Below are positions 1-12,869 of a DNA stretch of 64,000 nt, in pieces. Both the position numbers and the translations under genes were made by a program. The notes under the pieces are model-generated. The model searched no databases. It was not told where the DNA came from and worked only from the letters and a program-made list of their open reading frames with translations. The DNA is from Octopus bimaculoides (Eukaryota). Positions within the stretch are counted from its first letter, which is position 1. Each line of letters opens with the position of its first letter. Where the stretch lies: positions 128,343,105-128,407,104 of the forward strand of contig NC_068984.1 of assembly GCF_001194135.2 (NCBI RefSeq), read 5' to 3'.

Positions 1-326
1 AGGATGTAGTCGATTTGGCTAGAGTGTCTGCCGGAGCGGTAGGTGACTAGGTGACTGGCAGGTTTCCTGAAGTTGGTATTGCAGACCATAAGATTGGTTG
101 CATCACAGAACTCCAGCAGTCTGGTTCCCTCCTCGTTGCGGGAACCGAAGCCATAGCCTCCATGTATGCCATGGAAGCCCCCAGCACGACGTCCGACATG
201 ACCGTTGAAGTCTCCAGCCACAAAGAGAAGGTCCCTGTCACTCGTCGACGAGGTAGTTTGCAAGAGGGTGTCATAGAATTGGTCTTTCAGACCATCTGGT
301 AGCCCAGGTTGAGGTGCATAGGCTGA
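1..326 (-). mobile_element. RTE-clade LINE, APE endonuclease coding segment, running off the window start
   Basis: Stop-free minus frame lacking an ATG, so absent from the ORF track: SAYAPQPGLPDGLKDQFYDTL...LFVAGDFNGHVG...GYGFGSRNEEGTRLLEFC...NTNFRKP..HLVTY.SG...SQIDYIL. These are the canonical YAP, GDFN and IDY motifs. Confidence 0.9.
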
Positions 327-821
327 GTTTGCCAGAGGCGGAGAATACTGCAATCTTGGTGAAAGCGAACATCCTAGATACATGTAGGTTAGCTAGAGAA
401 GTAGATGATGACAAGGACATTGTACATTGACACAACAAGTATGATGTGGATGACCTAATTTCTGAGAATTTTAACAACCAATGAGTGACAATTTTTAGAA
501 GATGGTTCAACTAGCAAGTCATTTTGTTGCTTACATCTTTCTTTCTTTCTTTCTTTTTTTGTGTATCATACATAATCCTGAATTAATTGTCATTCTTAAA
601 AGAACTATAGGGGGTCATTATCCGTTGTTGTCGTGTACCAAGTTTGCCCTGATCAAGCAGGGCTATAATCCATCTGGTCATTTATCTGGGACAAAAATAT
701 CTAATCTTTCCTGCCTGGAATAAGATGATCAGGTGTGAATCATGGCTGACTGAACATTCAACTTGTTTTTGCAACTGTTTTAGCACTGGAGATAAACACA
801 TGAATGAACATACAGAAATTA

Positions 822-1045
822 TCATCATCAAGATCCATTTACCAACTTGGCATGGATTGGACAGTTTGATGGGAGCTGGTAAGGCCAGGGGCTGCACCAG
901 GCTCCATTGTCTGTTTTGGCATGGTTTTTATGGCTGGATACCCTTCCTGATGCCAAACATCTTACAGAGTGTACTGGGTACTTTTTACGCGACACCAGCA
1001 GCACTTTCTTTTTACAGGGCAACTGCACTGGTGATTTTACATGGC
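822..1045 (-). mobile_element. Old RTE-type 3' end or RTE-tailed repeat
   Basis: Degenerate match to the tail motifs GGATGCCCTTCCT..GCCAAC and CAGAGTGTACTGGGT.CTTTTTACG seen in the other RTE tails. Confidence 0.55.
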
Positions 1046-1153
1046 ACCAACAGAGTCACTGAGTAACTTGCAAGACAAAATGCCCCCCCAGGATATCAAT
1101 TCTTTTGTGGTACACTTCAAGTGTACAGCAAGGCACCAGATATCTCAGTCCAG

Positions 1154-1186
<33 letters not shown>

Positions 1187-1606
1187 NNNNNNNNNNNNNN
1201 NNNNNNNNNNNNNNNNNNNNNNNNNNNNNNNNNNNNNNNNNNNNNNNNNNNNNNNNNNNNNNNNNNNNNNNNNNNNNNNNNNNNNNNNNNNNNNNNNNNN
1301 NNNNNNNNNNNNNNNNNNNNNNNNNNNNNNNNNNNNNNNNNNNNNNNNNNNNNNNNNNNNNNNNNNNNNNNNNNNNNNNNNNNNNNNNNNNNNNNNNNNN
1401 NNNNNNNNNNNNNNNNNNNNNNNNNNNNNNNNNNNNNNNNNNNNNNNNNNNNNNNNNNNNNNNNNNNNNNNNNNNNNNNNNNNNNNNNNNNNNNNNNNNN
1501 NNNNNNNNNNNNNNNNNNNNNNNNNNNNNNNATTTTTACAGATAAATTCCTCTATTTACATAATATTGAGGTCTCTTTCTTTCTTTTGTTGTCCTTTCTA
1601 TCAATA

Positions 1607-1657
<51 letters not shown>

Positions 1658-1961
1658 GAGAGACAGAAAGAGAGAGACTAAAACGTCTGATGTCAACTAA
1701 GTCAGCATTGTCAAATAGGCAACATCAAAACAATTGTGTGATAATGTCTCATAATCTTTCTATAAGATAGTAGTGTATGATTTCCATTATGTTGAGCTAT
1801 CACACATAGACAGCGCCCATTGGCTCATTATCAGGTCATGTAGCTGAATGTCAGACTAGCGGGGTTTGTTCAGTCAATTTAGAAATCAAACAGAAGCTGG
1901 ACAATGATCTACTTCAACTCAGCAGTCAGGAATGGTGAAAATGAGAAATTCAAACACTCAC

Positions 1962-2573
1962 CTGGCTTTCAGTTGTACAATTTAGCCGTCTGTCATTCAA
2001 CAGATCTATCACACATTCACCAGAGAGGCGTAAGAAATCTTCATCTTTTATGAGTGATGTGAAATGTTTACAGGCATATTCCTTGGTGAACTCATATAGC
2101 TCCTTATGGGCATGTGCATCAGACAGAGACAATGCGCAAAGACAGTTCGAGTCACTGATTTCCTCCTTGAAGAACTGAACACATAACTCTACTAATGTTG
2201 AGATTTGGAACATGTGAGATTGTGAGAACAATTCAAAGACTATTCCAGTAGTAATGGTGATGCTCCCAGTATAAATGAAGTGCAAAACATGTCCAAACAC
2301 CAGTGGATCGATTTGCTTGATGGTAAATGAGTTCTTATGTGTTTCTTCCATTCCAGACGAAAACATTGATTTGAAATAATAAGAACCTGCTGCCAAGATG
2401 GCTCGGTGGCAAGGGAATTTCTTGTCTTCAATAATTATAGTAACATCAGTGTAGTTAGCATTCACACGAAATGCTTCAACATTAGCTCTAAGAGCATCTG
2501 AATGCTGAGAGCTGAAATAGAACATTCCTTGTGAGTAAGAGTCTTCCTCTACATCCTTGTTCTGCTCTGCCAT
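1962..2573 (-). CDS. First coding exon of a BTB-BACK (kelch-like family) protein, 204 codons
   Basis: Translation MAEQNK...YTDVTIIIEDKKFPCHRAILAAGSYYFKSMFSSGMEE (BTB) ...LCVQFFKEEISDSNC...HFTSLIKDEDFLRLS..VIDLLNDRRLNCTTESQ (BACK). Acceptor tttttcAG ends at 2576, the exon starts TC-ATG, and a phase-0 donor CAG/GTGAGT lies at 1961-1956. Remaining exons lie beyond position 1 or were not found. Confidence 0.92.
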
Positions 2574-4374
2574 GACTGAAAAATACAAAGGAAGATACAA
2601 TTAGTAAGATGATGGTGAGTATTATCAGAGATAGATATTAAGTTAACACCAGTGTGTTTAAGAAATCATTAAATCAAGCAGATTCTACAAATTTAATATT
2701 CCTACAAAATTTTAACAAATCTAATATTCCTACAAAATTTAAAATCTATATTGTCCATGGGTGCTTTAGCAGAGCTCCATCAATTACAAGCATTCTGGCC
2801 AGGCCTCTGATTTGAGGTTTACTTCCATCCTCCTTTTCTTCTTTCCATTAGTCTCAGATACCTTGAAAAGGGTCACAGAAACAGGAGTTTCCTCCTCAGA
2901 CTGTGGGCCCTCAGTTTATCAAGGGTAATCCTGCATCTATACATGTATGTGTAGTCCTGGGCAAAACTTTTTAAGGAAGACTGGTAGTTGCTCAAGCATG
3001 CAGGTCTCCCCTTTCAACGCAGCCAATGTTTACCCAAGGAAAAGGCAGCTAACTTGGGGCTGATACACTTCAGCACCTATATTGTTGTTGCAAGCAATAC
3101 TGTCTGAATGCAAAGAGCCAGAACATACTGCAAGGTGTTTCGACCAAACCTCTAATGGTTTTACCAATCTACCAATCTGGATTGGTGCATTTTTTTTAAT
3201 GCCTCCGAAAGAATGGAAGGCAACGTTTACCTCAGTGGGACCTAAAAGAAAACAGATGGCCACAACAAATACTACAAGACATTCTGTTCAGCACTTTAAC
3301 AATTCTACATTTGCTGCCTCCTATAGACTAAACCTTTAAAAGAAAAATGGCTGTAAAGTACTGGCTACATGGTATTGAACACAACCATTATTACAATCTC
3401 CTCATTCAGATTCACAATAGCTTACATAACTTGTCTAACAACAATATGATACATTAATAGGCAAAATATCTTTAAGGCAAATGAAAAACTTGCAAAGATA
3501 AGAGTACAGTTAAATAACACAAGCACCCATTCCACCCCAACATACACACAACCACATACATTTGAAGTATATCAGAAAAGCACCTTCTTGTTGTTGACAT
3601 TTATAAACTGTTTGACAAATTGTTTTTACACCTGCATGTTTTTTTCCTGAATCCTGTTGGCAAAGCAGTAATAGCTAAGCAGAGTTATGTGTTTTGCACA
3701 ATGGCTCTAAAAATGTGCAATAATAAAGTCAGCCTTGTTTAATCAAACAAACTCAGATCATATTATCCTGTCACATCAACTTATAGCAAAACAAAAAACA
3801 AAACAAAATATCATATCATATGAATATCATATAAGATAATGATCATCATCGTTTAACGTCTGCCTTCCATGCTGACATACACACACATAAATATTCAGTG
3901 ACTAACAAGAGTTAAATTGAGGTTAACAAAGCCATATGGCTGTTCTATACTTTGGAACAAGACAGTAGCTAAAGGTAAGATGACATGTTATGCCATTACT
4001 CTAATATTTGATAATTGTGTTGAATAAAAAAAAATAACAACTACAGTGTGTTTTTGAGATGGTTATGGGTCAAGTATAATGTAGTAACAGGTTTGAAAGA
4101 GAATAATGTCACCAATAAAACTTGAGCACACATGACTGCTCCATCAAGCAGAATGACAGATTGCTTTGTATGAATATATATATATATTTATCCCTCAAAA
4201 AAGCTTGTTATAGTTAACTTGTTTAGATCAGATAAAGAGATTTGTTACAAATGGCCTCATACAATGGAAAGATATATTAACAGTTAACTATCTGTAGTAG
4301 AGTGTTATGAAAAAAATTTAAACATAGTGGAAAGACAGGTTATCACAGAGGGAGTGACATAATCATTGTCACCA

Positions 4375-4765
4375 TTTCACACTTACTTTCTATGCTTGCA
4401 TGGATCAGATGGAATTTACTGAGGCAGATTTTCTACTGCTGGATACCATTCCTGTTGTCAACTCTCACCTGTTTCCAAGCAAGGTAACATTTCCCCACAG
4501 CCAGGCATGTTTTCCAAGGAAGACTATATATGAACATCATTTGCATGATGGTGGTGCTTGTTTACAAGCTTCATGTGGTGTTTGGACAAGGATATACACA
4601 AATACACAGGCCTCTTTCAGTTTCTGTCTACCAGATCCCTAACAAAACTTTGGTCAGCCTGATGCTACAGTAGAAATCATTTGCCCAAGGTTCTGCACTG
4701 TGGGAATGAAACCGAGACTGACCAAATGATTAGGAAGTGAGCTTCTGAACTACATAACCACACAC
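4375..4765 (-). mobile_element. SINE A2: tRNA-like head A plus RTE-derived tail
   Basis: Head A motifs (GGTTTCATTCCCACAGTGCAGAACCTTGGGCAA on minus) joined to the tail module GGAAATGTTACCTTGCTTGGAAACAGGTGAG...CCATGCAAGCAT. Confidence 0.7.
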
Positions 4766-5271
4766 ACAGTGGCAAGATAGAGTTGTTACAGATGACATAT
4801 AAAGAAAAGGACATGAAGTCAGTATGACAAATAACATTTGAAAATGGCATAGGAATAATGGTATTCGTTGTAAGACACAGGGCTTGTACAACTGACTCAG
4901 CTACACAAATTGAAACGAAACAAAAGAAAACAAAAGCTGCAATTGTAAACGACAACTAGAAAGAGAAAGACGACATATAAGAAAAAGAGAAGAATACAGG
5001 CATTGTTTCTGACAGGACAGTTTGTTAACTTTACATATATGTGAGGAAGGCATTTCATATAGAGCTTTAATCCATACATCCCTTTCCATAAATGGATGTT
5101 TAAATAAAAAGTAAACTTCATTCATGTCAGTAATAAATAGGTTTCATTTAATCAGATTTTCAATGGTTTAATGATAAAACCCTATCATTAAGTGGCTTTG
5201 TGTGCAGATAGGAAGCTATAATTGCACTGACCAAAAAAAAAAAAAAAAAAAAAAAAAACTTAAACTTAAAG

Positions 5272-5536
5272 CAGTGGTTCTCAACCATTTTCCATTTTTT
5301 CCCTTATGGACCCCTTTACTTGGATGGAACCCCATAGCCATTCAAAGTTTTAAAAATTCCTATAAAATATTTCTATAATTACATATCTAAATATCATTAG
5401 GGATTGTATTAAAAATTGTTGAAATGTTTTGTGCATTGTAAAAGTGCAATAAACCAATTTATCGCACATACATTTTAACAACAAAAATCTTATAGGGGCC
5501 CCCCAAGTGTTACACGGACTCAGCAGAGAAACACTG
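5272..5536. mobile_element. hAT/Charlie-like MITE
   Basis: Termini CAGTGGTTCTC...GAGAAACACTG are imperfect inverted repeats. The flanking 8-mers ACTTAAAG and GTTTAAAG match at 6/8 as a degenerate TSD. Confidence 0.6.
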
Positions 5537-7869
5537 GTTTAAAGTTACTTGGAATTACAGGTGTAAATAACAAATGCATGCCATCATTAAAATAATGAAT
5601 AAATAGTTCAAATAACTCTGAACTGGAACTGTCAGCGATAACAACAACAGCCATATCAGTATTAAGCCAAAACATTTTCAGATGCACCATTCTGCTGTTG
5701 AATGAAGCCACACAGAATTTTCTCTAAAGTTCATTTTGGTGTTATGGAATTACCAATAATTTTTGGTGAAACTAGTAGAGGAGAGTTTAGGGGAATTTTT
5801 GTAGTATGTGTGGGTGTACTGCAGAATCGGATAATAAGCTAGTATCTAAAACTTGGCCATGCTATCTCTATACTAGAATTTGAAGTTTCTCAAAAAAGAA
5901 AGGAAATGAGAAAAAATTATTTCCTGATCTTTATTATTAAACCAATCATAAATCAAGATATATGAGTATTTTTAGATAAAGACTTCAATCTCAATAATTT
6001 TTTAGATATTTCTCTTCTAGTTTTGATAAAATTCTTCCTGCCACTGACCTATCCAAGGTGAATTCAACTCGACCCTTTTACTGCAGAAAGCAGTTTTATA
6101 TACCAGTCTATCTTTTGTAGAGGAATGTTCTGTTTGAAACCATATTTAGTTGAGATATGTCAAATTGATTGAGGCAATGTGACTGGCAGAAAATATCAGT
6201 TTTATTATTTGATAGATGTTTAATATCATTACTGGAATAAACATGAAATTCAATTTCACAGTTGACAGATCAAATATGAAAGGTAAATTGAACTCATCAT
6301 TCTTAAACAGGTTTTGACCAGAACCTAGATAAAGTAATATGATTGTACTAGATGGAAGTCTCTATCTGCAACACTATAAGTGCAGCCTGGTTACTTATAC
6401 TAGTGTGGCCGTACCTAGAGTTGAACCTAACCCAATAATATTATAATCATAAGAGAATGGTAATAAGGCTGTACTCAGGAACTGCACTACAAAATATTAT
6501 CCTGTCAATTTGGAGCTATAATTTCTCTACCATTCCACCCCACTACACCATCAGTATAGCAGCCAACTCAAACAGGTTAAGCACCCAGAGGTGGAATTTA
6601 TAGAAAAAATGTTATTTTTAGATCTAACACTATTAATGTAATTTCTGTCAGTTGATGTTGAATATTAAAATGTTACCACTTGATTAGGAATGATAGTTTC
6701 AATAACCAGGCCATTCACCTGGTTATTTTATTGTATTGTGTTGTTATTTAACGAACTCTTACCACTAATAGAACAATTATGTAGGGTTTCTTCACATAGA
6801 TACTTGGATTTCTCAAAAAAATAACTGGTTTATATAAGTTTACATTAACGCTAGCATAGCTTTCATGTTTCTGATTATTTCTGTGTCAGTATAAGACAAG
6901 TAAAGAAATCTGCCCATCAAATAATCATATCTTACCATACCAGTTTCTAATCCCCAACCATCTCATCAATCTAATCTCTTACAACTACATCTCTATCTTC
7001 CAATCACCACACTGTGCCCTTCTTCTACCACCACCAAATATATATGACATACATAACACATATATAAAATAATTGGCAGCATTATATCAGGGTTAAATCC
7101 CTCACTCAACACTGAGTATGTGTGTATACTCTCACCATCTTCCCACCATCACCACCATACAAGCATAGTTCTATGGATATGAATTTTGCTTTCATGTACT
7201 GTTAGGTTCAGTTCTGCTGTATGACATCTTAGGTTAGTGTCTTCTACTATAGACTCAAGGTGGTCAATACTTTCAGAGTGAAAATGCTGGACAGAATCTG
7301 AGAGAGAGGAGGGGTGGGAGGAGGGAGAGAGAGGGAAAGAGAGGGAGAGTGGGGCAAGAGAGAGGGGGTGGGGAGAGGGAGAGAGAGAGGAGAGGGAGAG
7401 GAAGAGAGTATGTGTGATATGTGTGTGTGTGTGTGTGTGTATATAATGTTAATTGAGCATGTCCTCATTAACACTGAGCAAAAAGTGGCACTATTGACTT
7501 TCTCCAGTAAACAACATCTCTGTATTTTACAGGCCTTCACATGCCAAACTACAAATACCTTACTTGAAAACACCTGGCCAAATAGAAATTGTCTCAATAA
7601 GTTCTTATCTAACACATGCCAATTTGGAAAAGTGTATGTAAAAACAATGATAATGATGGTATATACACCAACTTTACATCCACTTCTATCAAGCAGGCAT
7701 AAGTTGGATGTTTCTATTCAAATACAGCATTTTGTGTGTTATATTTTATTTTTAAATTGGCATGCTCTTCCTGTGCCAGTGACATGCAAAAAGCACCTGT
7801 ACTGGGTGACACAATTCTATTACTCTCTCTAACATCTTCCATGACCCAAACTGAGGTAAGACAATTGGA

Positions 7870-9060
7870 GGAGAAAGGATGAAGGTCCAGGTCTTTGGAA
7901 TGTGGATCTCAAAGAACCTGGACAAAGTGGAACCTACCAAAAAGGAAATCACATGGCCTCAATTTTGGAGACTGGAAAACCCATCTCTTTTCTGCTCTGA
8001 TTATTTGATTAGTGTATGACACTTTTATAACAAGAACAAACTTAAAAGGAGAGGAATAAAAAAGGACCCCCTGGTGGAGAGAGAGAGAGAGCAAGCAAGA
8101 ATGTGGGAGCATATATACAGGCAGGGTGCAAGGCTGCACTTGGCCAAGGAAGATATTGATGGTACTATGAAAAAATCCTCAGAACACTGTCAGACATTTT
8201 GGAGCAGGAGAGACAGAAATTGCTAGACTCACGTGAAATCATCCCTGACTGTCAGATAAGGGGGGTCAAAGTAATCTCTTCCAAAAAGACTAAGAAGAGT
8301 CTCAGGCAATTAGCACCATTTCAGCAGCTGAGGGTGGACCTGGGTAGGAAACTTCATTTTTTCCAGGTTGTTCAAACATCCCCAAGGCTTTGCATAATCA
8401 TATATTCTAAGGAGGCTTCAGAGTGGAAGAGCCAGGATCTGGTTCAACAGTGTAAGGGGAAAAGGTTGGCATGTCTGGCTATTTCCTGTTGGAGTTAGTT
8501 GCAGGGTTTCCCCAGTGCAGTTTGTGTGGAAGATACTGACAGCTATGGGAGTGGCATGGAAGGAGAGGAAATACTTGCAAATTCAGAGAGGTAGCAGAAA
8601 GAACATCTTGCTGGCTTTAGAAGAGGCAAGAGAAGTTGAGCTGGAAGCTAGAAGACAGTGAGTGACTGGTCACCATGATGGCCTTGTGGTTGAGGGTCAA
8701 AACATCCAAGGAGAGTTGGATACCCTCTAATGACTTCTCCTGGTCGAAAGCCACAGTCATAATTATTGAGAATGCTTTGGTTGGAAACTGGAGAAATGAG
8801 TTTGGCCAGCCAAGTTATTGGAAACTGTCCACCAAGTTTCGTATCTGTAATGCTTGCATCATCACATCCCTGCTATACTCATCTGAGACACAGACTTTGT
8901 ACCAGTGATGCATCAAAATAGCAAGAAATTTCAACAGAAATTGAAAATCTTTTACACCTGACAGAACTGCAGCAAAAAGTGGGCTGTTTCAAGTATCATA
9001 TGTGATAGATTGGCCACATCATTCAGCTTGATGAACTTAAGCTTTTAAAGTGATTAGTCC
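7870..9060 (+). mobile_element. Highly degenerate RTE-like LINE RT remnant
   Basis: KLSTKFRICNACIITSLLYSSETQTLY resembles the RT C-terminal motif K.R.Y.A.V...LLYG.ETW. Many stops. Confidence 0.6.
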
Positions 9061-10215
9061 TCAGAAAGCATCTCCAGTTGAGACCAAAAATAAAGAAATT
9101 GTGAAATCACACAAAAAAAAAAAAAAAAAAAAGAAAATATTTAAAGTGAAAGCTTGAGAAAATTTAAACTACTCATTAAATAGTGAAACTGCAGGATGAT
9201 AAAGGTACTGGAGATAATCTCACCTACATAGTCTGTGGTCACATTACACCTTCAAAAGCTGGACCTGTCATCTATGAGTGATCAACAACCAGGAGACCAA
9301 CATATGAAATGCCTATACGCATAAAGCTCCAACGGCACCAGAGAAGCATTGTCATCCTTTATGTCTAAAAGTATGATTATCTTAGCTGAAGAGCCATTTT
9401 GGATGAATGTACAAAGGCAGAGCTAATGTTGGTATAGTTCTTGATCAAATTATGTGCCACATTGTCACAAAAAATTTGAAACAAAATTAGGGAAAGATAA
9501 TCATCATCTGATAGCCCATGGCAGAAATGCCATCAGACTTGTTACAAGAATATTGTATTTTTTACTTGTTTCAGTCATTGGATCATGCTGAAGCACTGCC
9601 TTCAAAGGTTTAGTTGAATAAATCAACTCTGGTACTTATTCTATCAGACTCTTTCACTGAACCACTAAGTTATGGGATATGACCAAACCAACACCGGTTG
9701 TCAGAGAGTTGGGGTAAATGCAAAGAGCACATGCAAACATATACATGTTGTTGATGTCTAAAAATTTATAAACTTTTGTGAGACTGTTAAATAGATTCTT
9801 CTTTGGAACAGTGGATCTTGGAGCACATAAAGCTATAAATGAGAATACATTATATGAACATACACACACACACACACATGTAAACATATTCAGATACACA
9901 TAACCATATATACAATATACATTTATGAATACACACATATATCATTTGTTTTACATTCCCATTTCCATGCTAGCATGGGTTAGATGAACACATAGTTTTA
10001 CTGCTGGATGCCTTCCCTGTTGTTAATCTTTACTTGATTTGAAGTAAGGAATTTTTATTTCACTTGTCTTAGAAAGAGAAAAACTAACAGGTGATTGGTT
10101 AACAGGGATATAATAGAAGATACTTCCTTAGATGGCCAAGATAACCATATAGTGAAATTGAACCTGAAGCTACATGTTTGCAAAATAAACTTCTTAATCA
10201 TCCAGTATGCCTGGA

Positions 10216-10229
10216 CTTTCATATATATA

Positions 10230-10274
<45 letters not shown>

Positions 10275-10527
10275 NNNNNNNNNNNNNNNNNNNNNNNNNN
10301 NNNNNNNNNNNNNNNNNNNNNNNNNNNNNNNNNNNNNNNNNNNNNNNNNNNNNNNNNNNNNNNNNNNNNNNNNNNNNNNNNNNNNNNNNNNNNNNNNNNN
10401 NNNNNNNNNNNNNNNNNNNNNNNNNNNNNNNNNNNNNNNNNNNNNNNNNNNNNNNNNNNNNNNNNNNNNNNNNNNNNNNNNNNNNNNNNNNNNNNNNNNN
10501 NNNNNNNNNNNNNNNNNNNNNNNNNNN

Positions 10528-10560
<33 letters not shown>
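10216..10560. repeat. (AT)n microsatellite spanning a gap; representative of many (AT)n, (AC)n and (AG)n tracts
   Basis: Directly visible. Similar tracts occur at about 1160, 10940, 11220, 17770, 19650, 26165, 43565, 44265, 53390 and 55215. Confidence 0.95.
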
Positions 10561-10562
<2 letters not shown>

Positions 10563-10935
10563 TTTTCTGTGTCTGAGAAAGAAAGATACAAAGAAAAGAA
10601 AAAAAAAAGAGAGGCATAATAGGTAAATTCAATCTCATCAGGATATGGTTATGTAGAGTACATTTCTTTATAAGGTATTGTTATAAACACTGATAATAAA
10701 AATAAAGAATAACGAAGATATTACTGACCCAGAGAAAAACGTTAAGGCTTAAGTCTGTGACTGAATTTTCTGGCATGAAGCACCTGACAAATTTACTGTA
10801 TTAGGCAAAGCAGTGAAAAACAAAGCCAACTGCCAAGTTGACCTTATAAATCCCCGTGTATGTTAAATAAGACAGAATACAAAACACGGTCAATTTTGTT
10901 GTGTAATAGTAACACAAAGTGATCATATAATGTAT

Positions 10936-10974
<39 letters not shown>

Positions 10975-11212
10975 GCTGATTTAGAGTGCTACATACATCA
11001 AATACCTACCTACCTACCTACCTACACTTTCACCTGTTTTATGGCATATAGCATTACTGCTGAATAGGTGTACACGTACACAAAAGCTACTGCTCTCACA
11101 CCTATTAATGTGAATATAAACACAATCACAAAATAATACTGAACTGACAGTACCAAAGATACACACACAATCAGTTAGTCTTTTATTGGTTTATTTTGCA
11201 CGCACACACGCA

Positions 11213-11265
<53 letters not shown>

Positions 11266-11633
11266 NNNNNNNNNNNNNNNNNNNNNNNNNNNNNNNNNNN
11301 NNNNNNNNNNNNNNNNNNNNNNNNNNNNNNNNNNNNNNNNNNNNNNNNNNNNNNNNNNNNNNNNNNNNNNNNNNNNNNNNNNNNNNNNNNNNNNNNNNNN
11401 NNNNNNNNNNNNNNNNNNNNNNNNNNNNNNNNNNNNNNNNNNNNNNNNNNNNNNNNNNNNNNNNNNNNNNNNNNNNNNNNNNNNNNNNNNNNNNNNNNNN
11501 NNNNNNNNNNNNNNNNNNNNNNNNNNNNNNNNNNNNNNNNNNNNNNNNNNNNNNNNNNNNNNNNNNNNNNNNNNNNNNNNNNNNNNNNNNNNNNNNNNNN
11601 NNNNNNNNNNNNNNNNNNNNNNNNNNNNNNNNN

Positions 11634-11868
11634 GGGTGGCACATAAAAAACACCATTTCGAGCGTGGCCGTTTTCGTGCGGGTGACACGTAAAAGCACCC
11701 ACTACACTCTCTGAGTGGTTGGCGTTAGGAAGGGCATCCAGCTGTAGAAACTCTGCCAAATCAGACTGGAGCCTGGTGTTGCCATCCGGTTTCACCAGTC
11801 CTCAGTCAAATCGTCCAACCCATGCTAGCATGGAAAGCGGACGTTAAACGATGATGATGATGATGATG
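11634..11868 (+). mobile_element. Young RTE LINE 3' end with (GAT)n tail
   Basis: Near-identical to the copies at 18771, 29710 and 53856. Ends CCATGCTAGCATGGAAAGCGGACGTTAAAC(GAT)n. Confidence 0.85.
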
Positions 11869-11869
11869 T

Positions 11870-12085
11870 GTGTGTGCCTTTGTGTCTGTGTTTGTCCCCC
11901 ACCACTGCTTGACAATGGGTGTTGGTGTGACTATGTCCCTGTAACTTAGCAGTTCAGCAAATGGGACTGATAGAATAAGTACCAGGTTTAAAAATAATTA
12001 AATGCTGGGGTTAATTCATTCAACTAAAAACTTTTCTAGGTGCTGCCCCAGCCTGGCCAGTCAAACAACTGAAACAAGATATACA
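11870..12085 (+). mobile_element. SINE A, 3' half
   Basis: TGTGTTTGTCCCCCACCACTGCTTGACAA...GATAGAATAAGTACC...ACTGAAACAAGAT, shared with 26807-27188. Confidence 0.7.
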
Positions 12086-12869
12086 CATATATGAAAACCA
12101 TCAGTTTAATGTCCACTTTTCTATGCTTGCATGGGCAAGACAGAATTCACTGAGGCATTTTAGAAATAATAGCCAAATCTTCTTCAAAGGAAGAGGACAT
12201 GTTAGATAATATAGTGTTAGTCCTAGATACCAAGTTTGAAAGAAAAAAAAGTGGAGGGTCACAGCCTGGAGGTCTTTCAACATAAATTTTGGGATCAGGA
12301 CTGATATATTGCTAAACAACAGATGTGACCATATCATAAGCAGGAAAGATGACATATTGTGCTAGCTGCTAGCACACAACCTAGTCTTTTTTTTTTTTTT
12401 TTTAATTTAAATGTTTTCTAATGCTTTTCTAAATATACATTTTAAAATTTATATGGTTGTGCAGGCATAGTTGTCCTATTAAGGAGCATGCTTTCCAACT
12501 GTGTGATCTTGGATGCAGGCCCACTGTATAGTACCTTGGCAAATACCTTCTATTATAACCCCAGGCCAACCAAAGCTTTGTGAATAGATCTGGTAGACAG
12601 AAACTGAATGAAGCCCATTGTGTGCATGTGTGTATGTATATTATATCTTTCTCTCCCTCTTAGGTCCATTAGTGCCTCAGAGTGGCACATTGGGCAGTCA
12701 GTGATCACCAATTATCTGTCTCTGGCCAACCAGTATGCTTCTTCCCGAGTGATGTTCAGTCTACGTTGGTCTTCTTTGAAGGTACTAAATGTTTTCCTTG
12801 GCTGACCTCTTTTTCTCTTACCTTCCAGCAGCATCTAGCCCATGGCTATCTTGGCAGGCCTCTCCTCTG

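Noticed and set aside
51-302. 83-aa plus-strand ORF
   Set aside because: It is the antisense shadow of the RTE endonuclease frame.
1041-1700. Long ORFs containing X and IY/HT/CV runs (also at about 10, 11, 19, 29, 43, 51, 53, 55 and 61 kb)
   Set aside because: These are artefacts of N-gaps and microsatellites.
1962-2573. Assigning a specific KLHL gene symbol
   Set aside because: The BTB-BACK sequence alone does not let me identify the ortholog.
1950-2600. ORF-track start (MYLPLYFSV) and end (VSV*) for the BTB protein
   Set aside because: Both ends are intronic: the polypyrimidine acceptor and the GTGAGT donor.
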